A stretch of DNA of 64,000 nt from Lama guanicoe. Taxonomy: Eukaryota. The notes beneath the pieces are model-generated. The model had not been told where the DNA came from. It made no database searches and saw only the letters and a list, made by a program, of their open reading frames with translations. The stretch lies in NCBI GenBank assembly GCA_013239625.1, contig MU053482.1, positions 2,705,168 through 2,769,167 on the forward strand. Direction: 5' to 3'. The translations under genes and the position numbers were made by a program. Positions within the stretch are counted from its first letter, which is position 1, and every line of letters begins with the position of its first letter. Shown here one piece after another: positions 51,501 to 63,508 of this stretch.

Positions 51501-54500
51501 GACCTTACTGATTACAGTAGACTATTAAGTCTTTGAAAATCAGGGTGACTGTGTAAAGGCCAAGGTAACTGGGAGCATCCCTGAAGGCTTCTTTCACTAA
51601 CAAGACTGGTTATAGCCAAAGTTTTGTGTATGTACAGACACAACTTTTAAGTACTCTAGCATGGTCTCTCAGAGTTGAAGCCCCCAAGAAAAAACTGAAT
51701 GAGAATCTTACATCCTCAAATTTTTTTGTACATAAAACTATATTATTGATACAATTGTATACAATGGAACCCACCATTGATCTTATATTATTGTTATAAG
51801 TAAAAATGAAAATAGTATGTTAGTAATCCTTAAAGATGAATTAGGCATGATAATAAATAATGTTCATTTCATTAAAAGACAAACTTTCAAGTGGTCACTC
51901 TTCGCTAGCTACACTTTTCAAGTTCTCTTTATATCAATACTATGTCTGTTCTGATTTGATTATCCTTGCAGGTTGTACACAAACCTAACTGTTTATCCAC
52001 AATAAGCAAACTTATCTGGGGGACACCAAGAATCACACGTTGCATTTACTGACTATAAACCCATTAACAAGTATGGTCATTCTTGAATAACACTGCTACA
52101 ATTAAAAGCATACATAACACTTACTGAACACTATTTGTCAGAGACAATGCTAGTCTCACATTTAATCCATTGAACAACTTAAGGAGGAACTGTATTTGAT
52201 TATTTTGTATTCACAGGGTAAACTGATGAACATGTGGTGAAATGGTCAATGTCCTTCATCAGAGGCAAGTGCCAAAGTAGAGAAATCCAATCTATACTTG
52301 AGAAGTCAACCAGGAGCAGCGGTAGGAGTTACCACATTCTAGCCTGAGAACTGGATTCTCGGGGCCAACTGGCAGTTGGTAACAGTTAGAGCTTGGCTGA
52401 AGTGAGGTAAGGTTTGCTGAGAGAACCAGCAGAAGGGGATAAGTTAACAAGGATGAAGAAAGACAGTGGAATTTTTTAAGCATATTATTTGGTTTTTAAG
52501 TGAAAAACAGATTTGGCCAATACGGCTTTTTTTTTTTTAATTAGAAATCTATTAGAGTAGGCTCTTATTTAGAAATAGTTATTAGTTCTCCAGAATCACA
52601 AGCATAAACCAGAAAGGATTCAACTTTGGGTAAAATCTGGCCAGTCTTAAGAAACATTCCCAGAGACTTTATATCACTGTGAAAAATTAGTTCCTGGTTC
52701 TGAAGGACCTTTCACTCAAAAGTGCACAGCTTATGTTAATGAGAATATGTACATATATTTATGTACTGTATATATTAAAAGTATTTGAGAAGGTGATTTA
52801 GGAATCCCAATTATAAATCTCCAGGGCAGGAATCTTGCTTATTTTGCTGCTAAGGAAGGTGCATGGGCAGACAACAGTGGAATTAAAGCTTTTACTTGTG
52901 AAATCACCAGTCTGAAGGGGAAAAACAGGTTAAGTTTGTTCTCCCAATACCTAGAGGCAAGACTTTTACTCAGTTATTATATTACCAAAAGCCTGTGGAT
53001 TCTGCAAAAGTTGCCTAGCAACATTACAGTTAGAAACAACACAGGATAGGGAAAGAACAGGAAATTTGAATTAGATATGCCCTGGGGCAGGTGGGCGTAA
53101 CTCCATCTCCTAGTACAGTGAGTGCTGTACTCCAAGGAGCATGAAATTTAAAAAATCGGAAAAATCATTTAGAATTTCAGTTAGGACACTGATGTATTTA
53201 AACCATAACCTGGTGCCATGTTCTCAGCTGGAAGGGAGGAGGCAGGGCCTGTGTTTTTTACTCATTTTGGTATTTTGTTTTAAAGAACACTACATTTTAA
53301 TTTATTCTGGAAACATTTATGAAGCACATTCTGTGGGGCCAAGGCACATTGCTGATTGCTGGAACTCTAAAGACAAATAAAACTTGCTCTCAGCCCTGAG
53401 TGGGAGAGAAGCTAGACAAATAAACAGAGTGTTACATAGTCCATGCCTGGGTGCTGGTGTGGTGGAAAGTCTGGAGCAGGGAGTATCTATTTTACATGGA
53501 AGTGGAGAAAGTCAAATGGTTCTCCCGATGAGTATTGTTTTCAACTTAAAAAAAATTTTTCTTTCTCCCAGTAATTCTGTACATTTGTTGGGAATTTACT
53601 TCTCCCATTCTGTGTGAGGACTTGGGTGTGAATCAAGAGCTCTTCCCTTCCCATCTGGAACCCAGGCCCTTTTGCCCCCGCCAACTTCAAGGACTTCTCA
53701 GTTTAGGGAAGCAGATAGGTGTAGATAGCAAAGTTAAGAGCTGAGAAAAAACAAAAAAAGAATGTTTACCTCCAGGAAGGGGCTTAGGCTGGGGGTTGCA
53801 GGGCTAAGTAGGAGACTTCCGTACCATTTGAATTAATAATATTGAGAGGGGAAAAAAAGCAATTAAATATTTAAGTAAGGGCTCTATTTTATCACTCAGA
53901 AGATATTGAGCACCTAAGCCACATCAGAATACTGCAATAAACAAGAGAAAAGGTCCCTATACTCAAGGACCTCATTTTCTAAAAGAGAATAGTTGTAAAC
54001 AAACAATCAACATACTTTGAAATAGATATAAACTTGCTAAGGAAATAATGCAGGATGTTGTGAAGGAGTGAAGGGGGTTGGGGGCAGCGTGTGCTTTCAT
54101 GGATAGCAACAGGGATACAGAATTTCTATACAGGAGAGACTCAAGAGCAAAAATCTAGTTCGGAAGAGGTGTTTACTGTACTAAGTTCCCATCTACCTAG
54201 GAATCACACTATTTTTCCATACAATTCATGTTACAGATCAGTAAAGAGTAGAAGTTATCTAAAATTATTTTTTTTATACTTCACATGAAATTGAGAAAAT
54301 GTCAACTATCCATATGACATAATTTATATTTATTATTAGGAGAGAAGAAGTGTTGGAGGCAGGGTGTTAAAAACCACTCCTTGGCTTTGGCCATCATGGA
54401 TCAGAGAATGCCTCTCCTCCAAACATACAAAAAGGGAGAGTTCTTGTCTTCCAAGTGCTTGAAATTAAGTTTGGATTAACACACAAAAAATACACATTTA

Positions 54501-55079
54501 TACATCAGTTAGCAAATATTTGGAGAAGACAGCTGTTTACCCTTTACTGCATCTTCAGATATGAGACCTCAAGGAATTCTCCATGTGATAAGTACTAAGA
54601 TATTATTAAAAATCCAGCTTGAGTTCAACCTTTGAAACGTGTCAGAACAACATATAGATGGCAAAGTGCCACAGTAAAAAAAAAAAAGGACAAATGCAAT
54701 ATATAATTATAAATGCAAATGGCCATAAGCACATGAAAACTGTCCAGTGATTATTAATCAAAAGAACAAAACTACATTAAAAAACATTAAATACACACTG
54801 ATGTCCAGAATTCAGAAGAGTGGACTCTAATCTATTGCTAGCGAGAACGTGAATTTTTTTTTCTGCAGGGCAGTTTGGCAGTTTACCTTTGAACCAGTAA
54901 TTCTCACTTCTTTGAATGTATCCTGTCCTAAGAGGGGTGTGGGGGAAACACGAGAAGGAAGACTATTCATCACGGGGTTATTCACAACTGAAAAACTGTC
55001 AGAAACTTGTGCGACAATAAGGGACGTATTAAACCACAATTCGACGCAGTACTAGAGAAATTTTTTCTCAAGGTGCTTT

Positions 55080-57520
55080 TAAGTGTGCAGCGAGCTGGGC
55101 CAATCTGTTTTGCCACACTTGCCCACGTGCTGGCTATCAAATACTAACGCAGTGGGCACCTGGTTTTGTGCTGAGGGCCGAGTGCGGTGCTGCTCCTCTT
55201 TACTGTGGACGAGTGGGGTTGGGGAGCCGGACAGCAAAGGGGACCACGGCCTGGGGCGCTCACTTCGCTGCGGACACACCGGACCCAAGCAGCCTCTCTA
55301 GGGGGTAACTGCGGCTCAGAGGTCGCCCCATAGCCGGTGACCTCGCCTGGAGAACACGCGAGTCCGTCTTCTTGCTGACTTCGGTGTCGGCCTAACCCAT
55401 CCGCTCACACAGCTCTGCCGAGTCCTGAGGCCGCAGTCACCGTTTCCGGCTCAGACCTCGACCCGGGAACGTGACTCCTCACAGCCACGCCCACAGCGCC
55501 CCAGGGGCGGGCGCCAAAGGGACGCCGGACGGGAGGAGTGTCTCCGGGGCAGCGCCCGAGGGCCACGGCGGTCCCGGCCAGCCCAGACCCGCAGACACCC
55601 CAGGCGCTCCCCCGCCCTCTGTCCGGCGTCGGACTCCGGGGAGGCAGAGGGGCGGCGAAGAGGCCGTGACACTCGGCTCGGCCTAGTCGAGCCCGCAGCC
55701 TTCGCCCCTCCCAGAGGGCCGCCTCGGCTCCCCAGGCCGACCCCGTCGGGGCAGCGCCGGACCCGCTCCCAGCCATCTGGCTCGTTCATTGGCCCGCGGA
55801 GCCGCACCCGCCCAGGCCTGGCCCGGCGCCGATCGGTGGGGAGGAGCTAGCAGGTTCGCGCCAAAATCGCGTAGCCGGCCCCTCCCCCGCGGGCTACGTC
55901 GCGCCCTCCTTTTTTTTCAAACCCCGAGATGGGTGGGGATTGGTGGGCTGTGCACTCACGTGGTTAACGGTCGCGGGAAGCCGCGGAGCCCGAACCTGCG
56001 GCTGGACCTGCGGAGACCCCAGCCTCGGCGCCCGGGCCGCCCCGCCTCTGCCAGAGAGTCCGCGCCGCCGCCGCCCCCGCCGCCCGCCGCCCCGAGCGTC
56101 CCGGAGCCTCAGTCCGCCGCCGCCGCGAAGGCCCGCCGCCGCGACCAGCGGGCGCGCCCAGTCGCACGTGGCGGACCCGCCCCCTGGGCTGGCCGAGTGC
56201 TGGACTCCGCGGGCCCAGGTTCTCCGGTTCTCCGCCCCGGCCCCAGGGGCGAGATGAGCTTCCTGAGCCGGCAGCAGCCGCCGCCGCCCCGCCGCGCCGG
56301 GGCCTGCACCTTGCGGCAGAAGCTGATCTTCTCGCCTTGCAGCGACTGTGAGGAGGAGGAGGAGGAAGAAGAGGAGGAAGGCAGCGGCCACAGCACCGGG
56401 GAAGACTCGGCCTTTCAGGAGCCCGACTCTCCGCTGCCGCCCGCGCGGAGCCCCTCAGAGCCCGGGCCCGAGCGCCGCCGCTCACCCGGCCAAGCCCCCG
56501 GTAGCCCCGGGGAGCTGGAGGAAGACATGCTGCTGCGGGGCGCCTGCCCGGGCGCGGACGCGGCGGGCGGCGGGGCCGAGGGCGACTCGTGGGAGGAGGA
56601 GGGCTTCGGCTCCTCGTCGCCAGTCAAGTCGCCGGCGGCCGCCTACTTTCTGGGCAGCTCGTTCTCGCCCGTGCGCTGCGGCGGCCCAGGGGACGCGTCC
56701 CCGCGCGGCTGCGGGGCGCGCAGGGCGGGCGAGGGCGCCTGCTCGCCGCTGCCTGACCACCCAGGCACCCCGCCGCACAAGACCTTCCGAAAGCTGCGGC
56801 TTTTCGACACGCCGCACACCCCCAAGGTGAGACGACGCGGCTGCCGGGGCGCCCCGAGCCCGCGCCGGCCCAGCCTTTTAAAAAGGCCGCGGCGCCGGGA
56901 GTCGAGCGCGGCGCTGCCCGGGTTCGGTTACATAACCGTCCGGCCGCACCCCCGCTCGCTCTCCTGCACCGTAACAAAAAGTTGGCAGCCCCTTTTTGGG
57001 GCCCAGCCCAGAAGTTGTCCGTTAAGATTATGTAACTGAACAATAGGCCTCGTCTGGAACTTCTTCATCTTTCATAGAGGCTGATCGGCGCGGTCCAGGT
57101 GGCTGACGATTTAACGCCCGCCGAGTCGGGGCCGCCCCGAGCGTGGCAGCGGGAGTGTGGCACCGATAACGTGGTTTGGAAGGATGCTCGAGTGGTGCTG
57201 GCCTGGCCACCTGACACTCCCGAGCGCCGCAGCCATCTGGTGCCTTTTAAACGAAGTGATCGGTCCTGTAATTTGGGCGGCGCACGCAAGAGTTCGGTTA
57301 AAAAAAAAAATTCATGCGCTTATCATTTCGTATCAGGTGGCCTTATGGGGGGAAAGTCTGAGATACCGAGGGAGACTACGCTTCGACTTGGGAGAAAAGG
57401 CTGGCCTTCAAGCATTTACAGTCTTAAGGACTCGTAAATAACTCAGAGTAGCGTTTAAACCTCTTTCCGGACAGAATATTTATTGGGTAAGCGTTTGTTT
57501 ACACCCTTGGGTTTGCGGTG
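55080..57520. promoter_or_regulatory. WEE1: WEE1 CpG island covering the promoter, exon 1 and the 5' part of intron 1
   Basis: Abrupt shift to very GC- and CpG-rich sequence. Motifs: GC box 55504-55511, CCAAT/ATTGG 55100, 55788, 55939, E2F-type TTCGCGCCAAAA 55855-55866, reverse CHR TTCAAA 55916-55921, CACGTG 55124, 55957, 56165. Confidence 0.93.
56254..56826 (+). CDS. WEE1: WEE1 exon 1, coding part (N-terminal regulatory domain, 191 codons)
   Basis: gagATGAGC...CCC AAG|gtgaga; contains Glu10 (56350-56379), DSAFQE and EEGFGSSSP degron-like motifs and an RKL cyclin-docking motif. Confidence 0.97.
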
Positions 57521-60500
57521 CCCAAGTTTGGTCAGCCTAAATTCCTAAGCCTAAGATAAGGAACATCCAACTGTTAAAAACAAGCTTTGGTATTATTGCC
57601 TGGACCTTCGTGCTTTTGTGCTGTAGATAATGTATCTTAAAGAAGTAGGTATTTGGCACCTGTTTGTTGAGAGGCCAGTGAGTATGCAGATTACCACCCC
57701 AGAACTTTAGGTGTAACAGATTTTAAAACGAACACTTCCTGAAATTAAGACAAGTATCGCATTTATAAGATTTATGTGGAAAATTTACCTTTTTAAGTGA
57801 GTCAGGTTCAGTACCGAGAGTCATTAAACTTCAGGAAGACGTGTGCTTTGGTGCCTTGCTGTTTATTAGCCCACTTGCCCAAGGCAAAATCCCTCTGGAA
57901 GTGAGGGGAGGAGTCCTAGGGAGGTGGCTTTCAAAGCTCTACTTAGATGGGGGAGGGGAACTTTTATGGGGCTCCCTGACTGCTTTCCATTTTTAGATGG
58001 ATTAAAAGAGTTTGTTAACTTTTAGCCTCTAGAACGAACTTAATTTTAGTCTGCATTCATTGTCTTTTTAGGGTTAGAGACCTATTTTCCTTGGCCTTTT
58101 CAGAAAAGGTGGTTAGTATACAGCTTCAGACTCCTAAGTTAACCATTGTTTATTTTGCTTGAAAGATAACAAAGACTTGTGTGTTGCTTTGGCCTACACA
58201 TTCAGCCACGTGAAAAGCTTGTTGAAAGTTAGGTTGAGAAGGCAGTTCTATAGCCCTTGGATCATGAACATTTTTTCCCCCTCTCCTAGAGTTTGCTCTC
58301 CAAAGCTCGAGGAATTGATTCCAGCTCTGTTAAACTCCGAGGTGGTTCTCTATTCATGGATACAGAAAAATCAGGAAAAAGGGAATTTGACGTGCGACAG
58401 ACTCCTCAAGTGAATATTAATCCTTTTACTCCAGATTCTGTGTTACTTCATTCCTCAGGACAGTGTCGTAGAAGAAAGAGGACATATTGGAATGAGTAAG
58501 TTATTTATTATTCAACAGTTTGGTTCCTCAGCTACCCAAGATTGATTTGGTATACTCATCAAAATTTAATTTCAACTGAATGACATGGAAGTTTATACAC
58601 TGAAATTTTTCCCCATTGTTAGTAATTTTCAGGAGAGAATGGTGGGAAGTAGTCAGCTGTGGGAAAAGTGGCATGGGAAAGGAAGGAATAAAAAGCCTAG
58701 ATGGATTCTAGGAAATCTGCTGGTGTCAAAAATGAGGCAGGCAGAGACAGTTGACACAGAAAGGCTTTAATTTTGATATGTGTGGTGATGTTGGCATATC
58801 TCAACAGGAACAGCATTTTCATCAGCTGAGCTGTATTTTGTGGTTACACAATTAAATGCTTTCTTTTCTCTTTTCATTCATTAAATTTTCATTTTACTGT
58901 ACACCTATCAAATAAACTTTTGAATCTCTAATTGATACATCTGTCAGATATGTTGATGGAAAAAATAATATTTTTCAGTTCCTGTGGTGAAGACATGGAA
59001 GCCAGTGATTATGAGTTTGAAGATGAAACAAGACCTGCTAAAGTAAACAGCTTTTTATTGTTTTTGAAATGATTTTCTACTTCTTAACAAGCTGCCATAT
59101 ATACATGTTAAACAAATGTTAAAACATAAGATATAATGATTTTTAAGTTTCACACGTAATACTTTCACTATAGTAAAAAATCATTTTCATACCTTTGTAT
59201 TATGTACATGGATACACTTTTTATTACAGAGAATTACGATTACTGAAAGCAATATGAAGTCACGGTATACAACAGAATTTCATGAGCTAGAGAAGATTGG
59301 CTCTGGAGAATTTGGTTCTGTGTTTAAATGTGTGAAGAGGCTGGATGGATGTATTTATGCCATTAAGCGATCAAAAAAGCCATTGGCTGGCTCTGTTGAT
59401 GAGTATGTATTAAAGATTTTGTCTTTTGCTCTTTTGTTCAGTATGGTGTTATAGATGTTAAGGCTTTAGGTGGTTAAGCACTGAATTTAATTAATTCTCT
59501 AATATTTGAGAAATAATGATTTAATCAGATGCATTTCATTTTGTGCTATTAGTTCTTATTAGACTTAGTGAAATAATATAAGGAGTCTGATTTTGGAGTC
59601 TAACTTAAATTTCTTGTTTCTAGTAGCATCCTTGAATTCATACTAATGTGGAGTTCATCTTTCCTGAATCCTAGGGCCAGTAAGGTTCCTTCTAACATTC
59701 TTTAATGAAAAAATCTGATACAGAGTCTTAACCCACTCTCTCTTGAAGCAAGTTGTTCTTCAGCATAATGATAGATACAGAAGTCAGGATTCTCTTATGA
59801 ACCTTCAGATAAGTTAGTTCAGTTTAGGCTTGAATAAAAATAATTTACCAATCTGTTAATCTCAAAAATTTCTCCTAGGCAGAACGCTTTGAGAGAAGTA
59901 TATGCTCATGCAGTGCTTGGACAACATTCTCATGTAGTTCGATATTTCTCTGCATGGGCAGAAGATGATCATATGCTTATACAGAATGAATATTGTAATG
60001 GTGAGTAATGTCATGGTTCCCCTGTAAAAATTTGTAAGCGCAAGAAAATGAACACCAAGGAAATAATATATTTTTATCCATAATCTTGCTCTAATTCTGT
60101 ATATCTTTATCAAAGATCAGAAGCCTAACATGAATTTCAAGTGCAAGTAATTCTTACCTGGAAGTTAAGACTGAAAACCTTGTTCCTTCTACCTGGGTAG
60201 TAGAACTATGCATATTATTTATGTGCCTGTTACTCAGATTACTCAGGCCCTTGCCATGTATATTTAGGTATCCCTGGCACTTGGCATAGTGTGTGTGGAA
60301 TAGAGTGGATAATAACCCAGGCTCCCTGCATCTGGCCTTCCCTTCCCATTTCATTTTGTGCTGCTAAAACTGATACTGGTTGCTCATAAACAGACGGTGA
60401 CTCTCCATTGATATAAATTCAGTCATTTGTCCAGTCTTGCTCCCACTCCCATCTATCCAACCTAGTTTATCACTAGAATTCACTAAGACTTTTCTGTAAA

Positions 60501-63500
60501 GAGTTACGTTCTTTTAGCTCCCTAGCCATGCCTCCCTCCCCCTCATCCCCCCCTTCCCCATCAAGCATCTGTAGAGGTTTAACTTTGGACCTTTGTATAG
60601 CTTTGAATTTCAGCAAGTGCTTCAGCAGCCAACATGGGTCCTTCCTTTTTCATTAAAGCTTTACCAAAGTCCTGGTCTCGATTCTGATTCTTACAGACAT
60701 ATGTTATTAAATACCCAAATCTTTATATGTGATGGATTTCTACTTCTTTATATCTTCTGTGAACACTAGAGAGTTTAGAATTTACAGAACACATGAGTAG
60801 CAAAGATTTTCTTTTTGTTGTTTCTCATTGTTTTCTTAAGACAAGACCAGCCGTTTCATAGCTTGTGAATAAATATGTGGTATAGATAGTGGATTCAAGT
60901 TTTCTGTATTTGAAAACAATGAACAAAACAGAAGTAAAAGAGCCATTTCTCATACCCGGCTTCTCATTGAGCTGAATTTTATTTCCTTGAATAACTTAAA
61001 AGAATATAAGTGCACAGTATACAGCATTGCTGCTAGTTTGTTTCACACATCTCTTGAAATGTTTCTGTTCATACCATCAAAATATTTATGTAGCTATCTG
61101 CCTTGTGGACCATTCTGTTTCTTAACCTCTATTTTTTAGTTAACTGCATTTAATATAGTACAGCTTGACTATAATACCTTCTTCCCTTCATATTTGCTAG
61201 ATGCCATCCTTTTAGTTTCTACCTCTCACCTTGTTGATGTGTCTGGCTCTTAACAAGTAATTCATCCACAGTCCAGGGATCACAGATTTGTAACAACCTA
61301 CCTGTACATGGTTGTGTCATTCAGATGATTTTGAGAAAACTCGGGCCTTGGGGGTTGGGGAGGAATTGGTGGTCTTGCTACCCTCTTCAGATTACAAAGA
61401 CCTTGTCCTGTAATAAAGTTAGATTATAAAATAATCTTTTGAAACAGTTTATTATTTTGGAGCAGTATAAAACTCTTAAGGAATATACATATTTAAAAAA
61501 TAAACAGAACTGGTCTGCCTCTTTGTATGATTGTTTATTTTGCTTAGATAAAAGAAAATGAGGCTATCTAGATACATTTGTGAGCTCTTCTTTTCTTTTG
61601 TTTCCCTTTTCCATTCTTCTCTCCACTTAAACTGTTGAATGTCCTAATTGGCCTGATCTTTAGATCCTTTTCTACAGTTTCACAGGAAAAAGATTCTGTT
61701 ATCATTTATTTGTACTGTTGATTAACTGATATCCTTTATCTTAACTGAGTTTTCTTACTATCTCAAGCAGTCATTTGCATTTTGAGCCTTTTATCTTTGG
61801 TGATAGACTGAATTTCTACTCTTGATAAACAAGTAAAAAATGTCGATGGATAGAAGAGGAAAACCTAAAATATCTGATGAGTGGTTTGTTCTTCTCACCT
61901 CTAAAAATAGATAGGGGAACTAGCCCAGCTATAGTTGCTAAACCCACTAAAATGCAGCTTATTTCTTGATAAGCTTGATCTAGGACTTCAAGGTCACCTG
62001 TCTGACAGGCTTATTGACCTGCTGCCTTATAGAGCCCTCTCTTTCCCCCAAAGTTCAAGATTTCTACAAGCTAAGTACAGAGAACATACTTAAGCTTAAG
62101 ATACCCAGGTGTGTGATTTATTTTTATTTTTAAAACACATTTGACATTTTTAAATTGAGTCTTGTTCAAATTGTAGGACCGTCTTTTCTGACTAGTATAT
62201 CATTGACCTTGATTTTATTACCTTGGCTCTGATTTTATTATTCCTAACTAAGCTTTAAACAAATTTGTTTTGTTTTTTAATGGAAGTACTTCAGATTGAT
62301 CCCAGGACCTCGTGTATGCTAAGCACATACATGCTCTACCACTGAGCTGCATCCAGGATACTGGTTTTTACTTATAAAATGTATAGACTCTGTTGTCAAG
62401 GGTGTGGGAATACATGTATTTGCATAAATTAATGATGGGATTATGAATTGATACACCTTCTCTGAGGGGGACTGTGTGCCTGCCTGCCTGCCTGCCTGCC
62501 TATGTGTGTGTCTGTGTGTGTAATAGCTCCAGATTTGTCTTCCAAAGCTCCAGATTTACATAGGCATATACTAGCAGAGTTTAAGTGGTAGCCATTTTGA
62601 AATCAATGTCTGAGTACACTGTTATTTTATGTGAGTTTTTCAGAGGCATTCAAGTCTTGGCACTGATAATATGAATACCATTCCTAAGCTCTTTTCGAGA
62701 AGGATAAAGAGAAATGGACTGCTTAGCTACAGAAATTTATTCTATATGTAATAAATTAGTATCATACAGACACACTATGCATATATATTACATTGTACAT
62801 TCCCTTTGACCCAGCAGTTTATTTCTGGTAAATATACTAAGTATGTGTATAATGACCGATGTACAAATTTATTCCCGAGACCATAGTATATAGTATTAAA
62901 GGCTTGGAAATTATTTTTAAATGTCTATCCATTAGGGGATTGGTTAGTACATTACCATTCAGTTATGCAATAAATTTCTGTAGACACAAGAAAGAAGGAG
63001 CAGTCTTTGTTTATTGGTAAAGAATGATCTTCAAGATAATGCAAATATGTTACTGCTTGTGTAAAAAAGGAGTTGAGAGAATACATAAGAAACTGTGATA
63101 ATGTTGATTTTCTCTGGGAAAGAGAACCAGGTGGGTTACTGGGGTATATTTTAATAAGACAGCAACTTTACATTATATTTTGTGCCCATGTGAGTACCCT
63201 ATTGAAAAAATACGTAAAATTTTGATTTCACAAGCAGGTTGAAGGGAATAGGTCCTGTAAAATGTCACTTTCTTGGTTGAGTGTGGTTATACAGTAAGAG
63301 GGAAGGAAGAAAAATAATATTTCAGAAAGAAGAAAATGCTAATTTTTCTTGTGTTTGTTAGGTGGAAGTTTAGCTGATGCCATAAGTGAAAACTATAGAA
63401 GCATGAGTTACTTTACAGAAGCAGAGTTAAAGGATCTCCTTTTGCAAGTTGGCCGTGGCTTGAGGTATATTCATTCAATGTCTTTGGTTCACATGGATAT

Positions 63501-63508
63501 AAAGCCTA
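56254..63508 (+). CDS. WEE1: WEE1 G2 checkpoint kinase, 3'-partial spliced CDS (exons 1-6); continues beyond the window
   Basis: [14 protein letters not shown]...poly-E...[12 protein letters not shown]...[13 protein letters not shown]...kinase Gly-loop IGSGEFG, AIK lysine, HMDIKP catalytic loop. GT-AG introns with consistent phases. Confidence 0.98.
58290..58495 (+). CDS. WEE1: WEE1 exon 2
   Basis: ctcctag|AGT TTG CTC...AAT GA|gtaagt encodes [29 protein letters not shown]...[10 protein letters not shown]...RRRKRTYWN. Confidence 0.97.
58979..59042 (+). CDS. WEE1: WEE1 exon 3
   Basis: tttcag|T TCC TGT GGT...GCT AAA|gtaaac encodes (D)[21 protein letters not shown]. Confidence 0.95.
59230..59402 (+). 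CDS. WEE1: WEE1 exon 4 (kinase N-lobe)
   Basis: ttacag|AGA ATT ACG...GAT GA|gtatgt encodes [57 protein letters not shown]. Confidence 0.97.
59879..60000 (+). CDS. WEE1: WEE1 exon 5
   Basis: tcctag|G CAG AAC...TGT AAT G|gtgagt encodes [40 protein letters not shown]. Confidence 0.97.
62264..62354 (-). mobile_element. Vic-1-like SINE in WEE1 intron 5
   Basis: T-rich tail followed by CCCAGGACCTCGTGTATGCTAAGC...CTCTACCACTGAGCT. Confidence 0.82.
62478..62521. repeat. Compound (GCCT)n-(GT)n microsatellite in WEE1 intron 5
   Basis: gcctgcctgcctgcctgcctgcctatgtgtgtgtctgtgtgtgt. Confidence 0.9.
63362..63508 (+). CDS. WEE1: WEE1 exon 6 (catalytic loop)
   Basis: tgttag|GT GGA AGT...AAG CCT A|gtaagt encodes [49 protein letters not shown]. 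Confidence 0.97.

Noticed and set aside
55000..56250. ZNF143 binding site in the WEE1 promoter (neighbour-gene regulation)
   Set aside because: No ACTACA-nTCCCA or CCCAnAATGCA match was seen by eye.
55789..57039. 416-aa ORF as a single-exon protein
   Set aside because: It is the WEE1 leader plus exon 1 plus read-through into intron 1. The real start is the ATG at 56254, and the donor at 56826/56827 splices in frame to exon 2.
55405..57441. Many overlapping ORFs on both strands in the CpG island
   Set aside because: These are low-complexity Arg/Gly/Pro/Ala frames expected from stop-codon depletion in GC-rich DNA.
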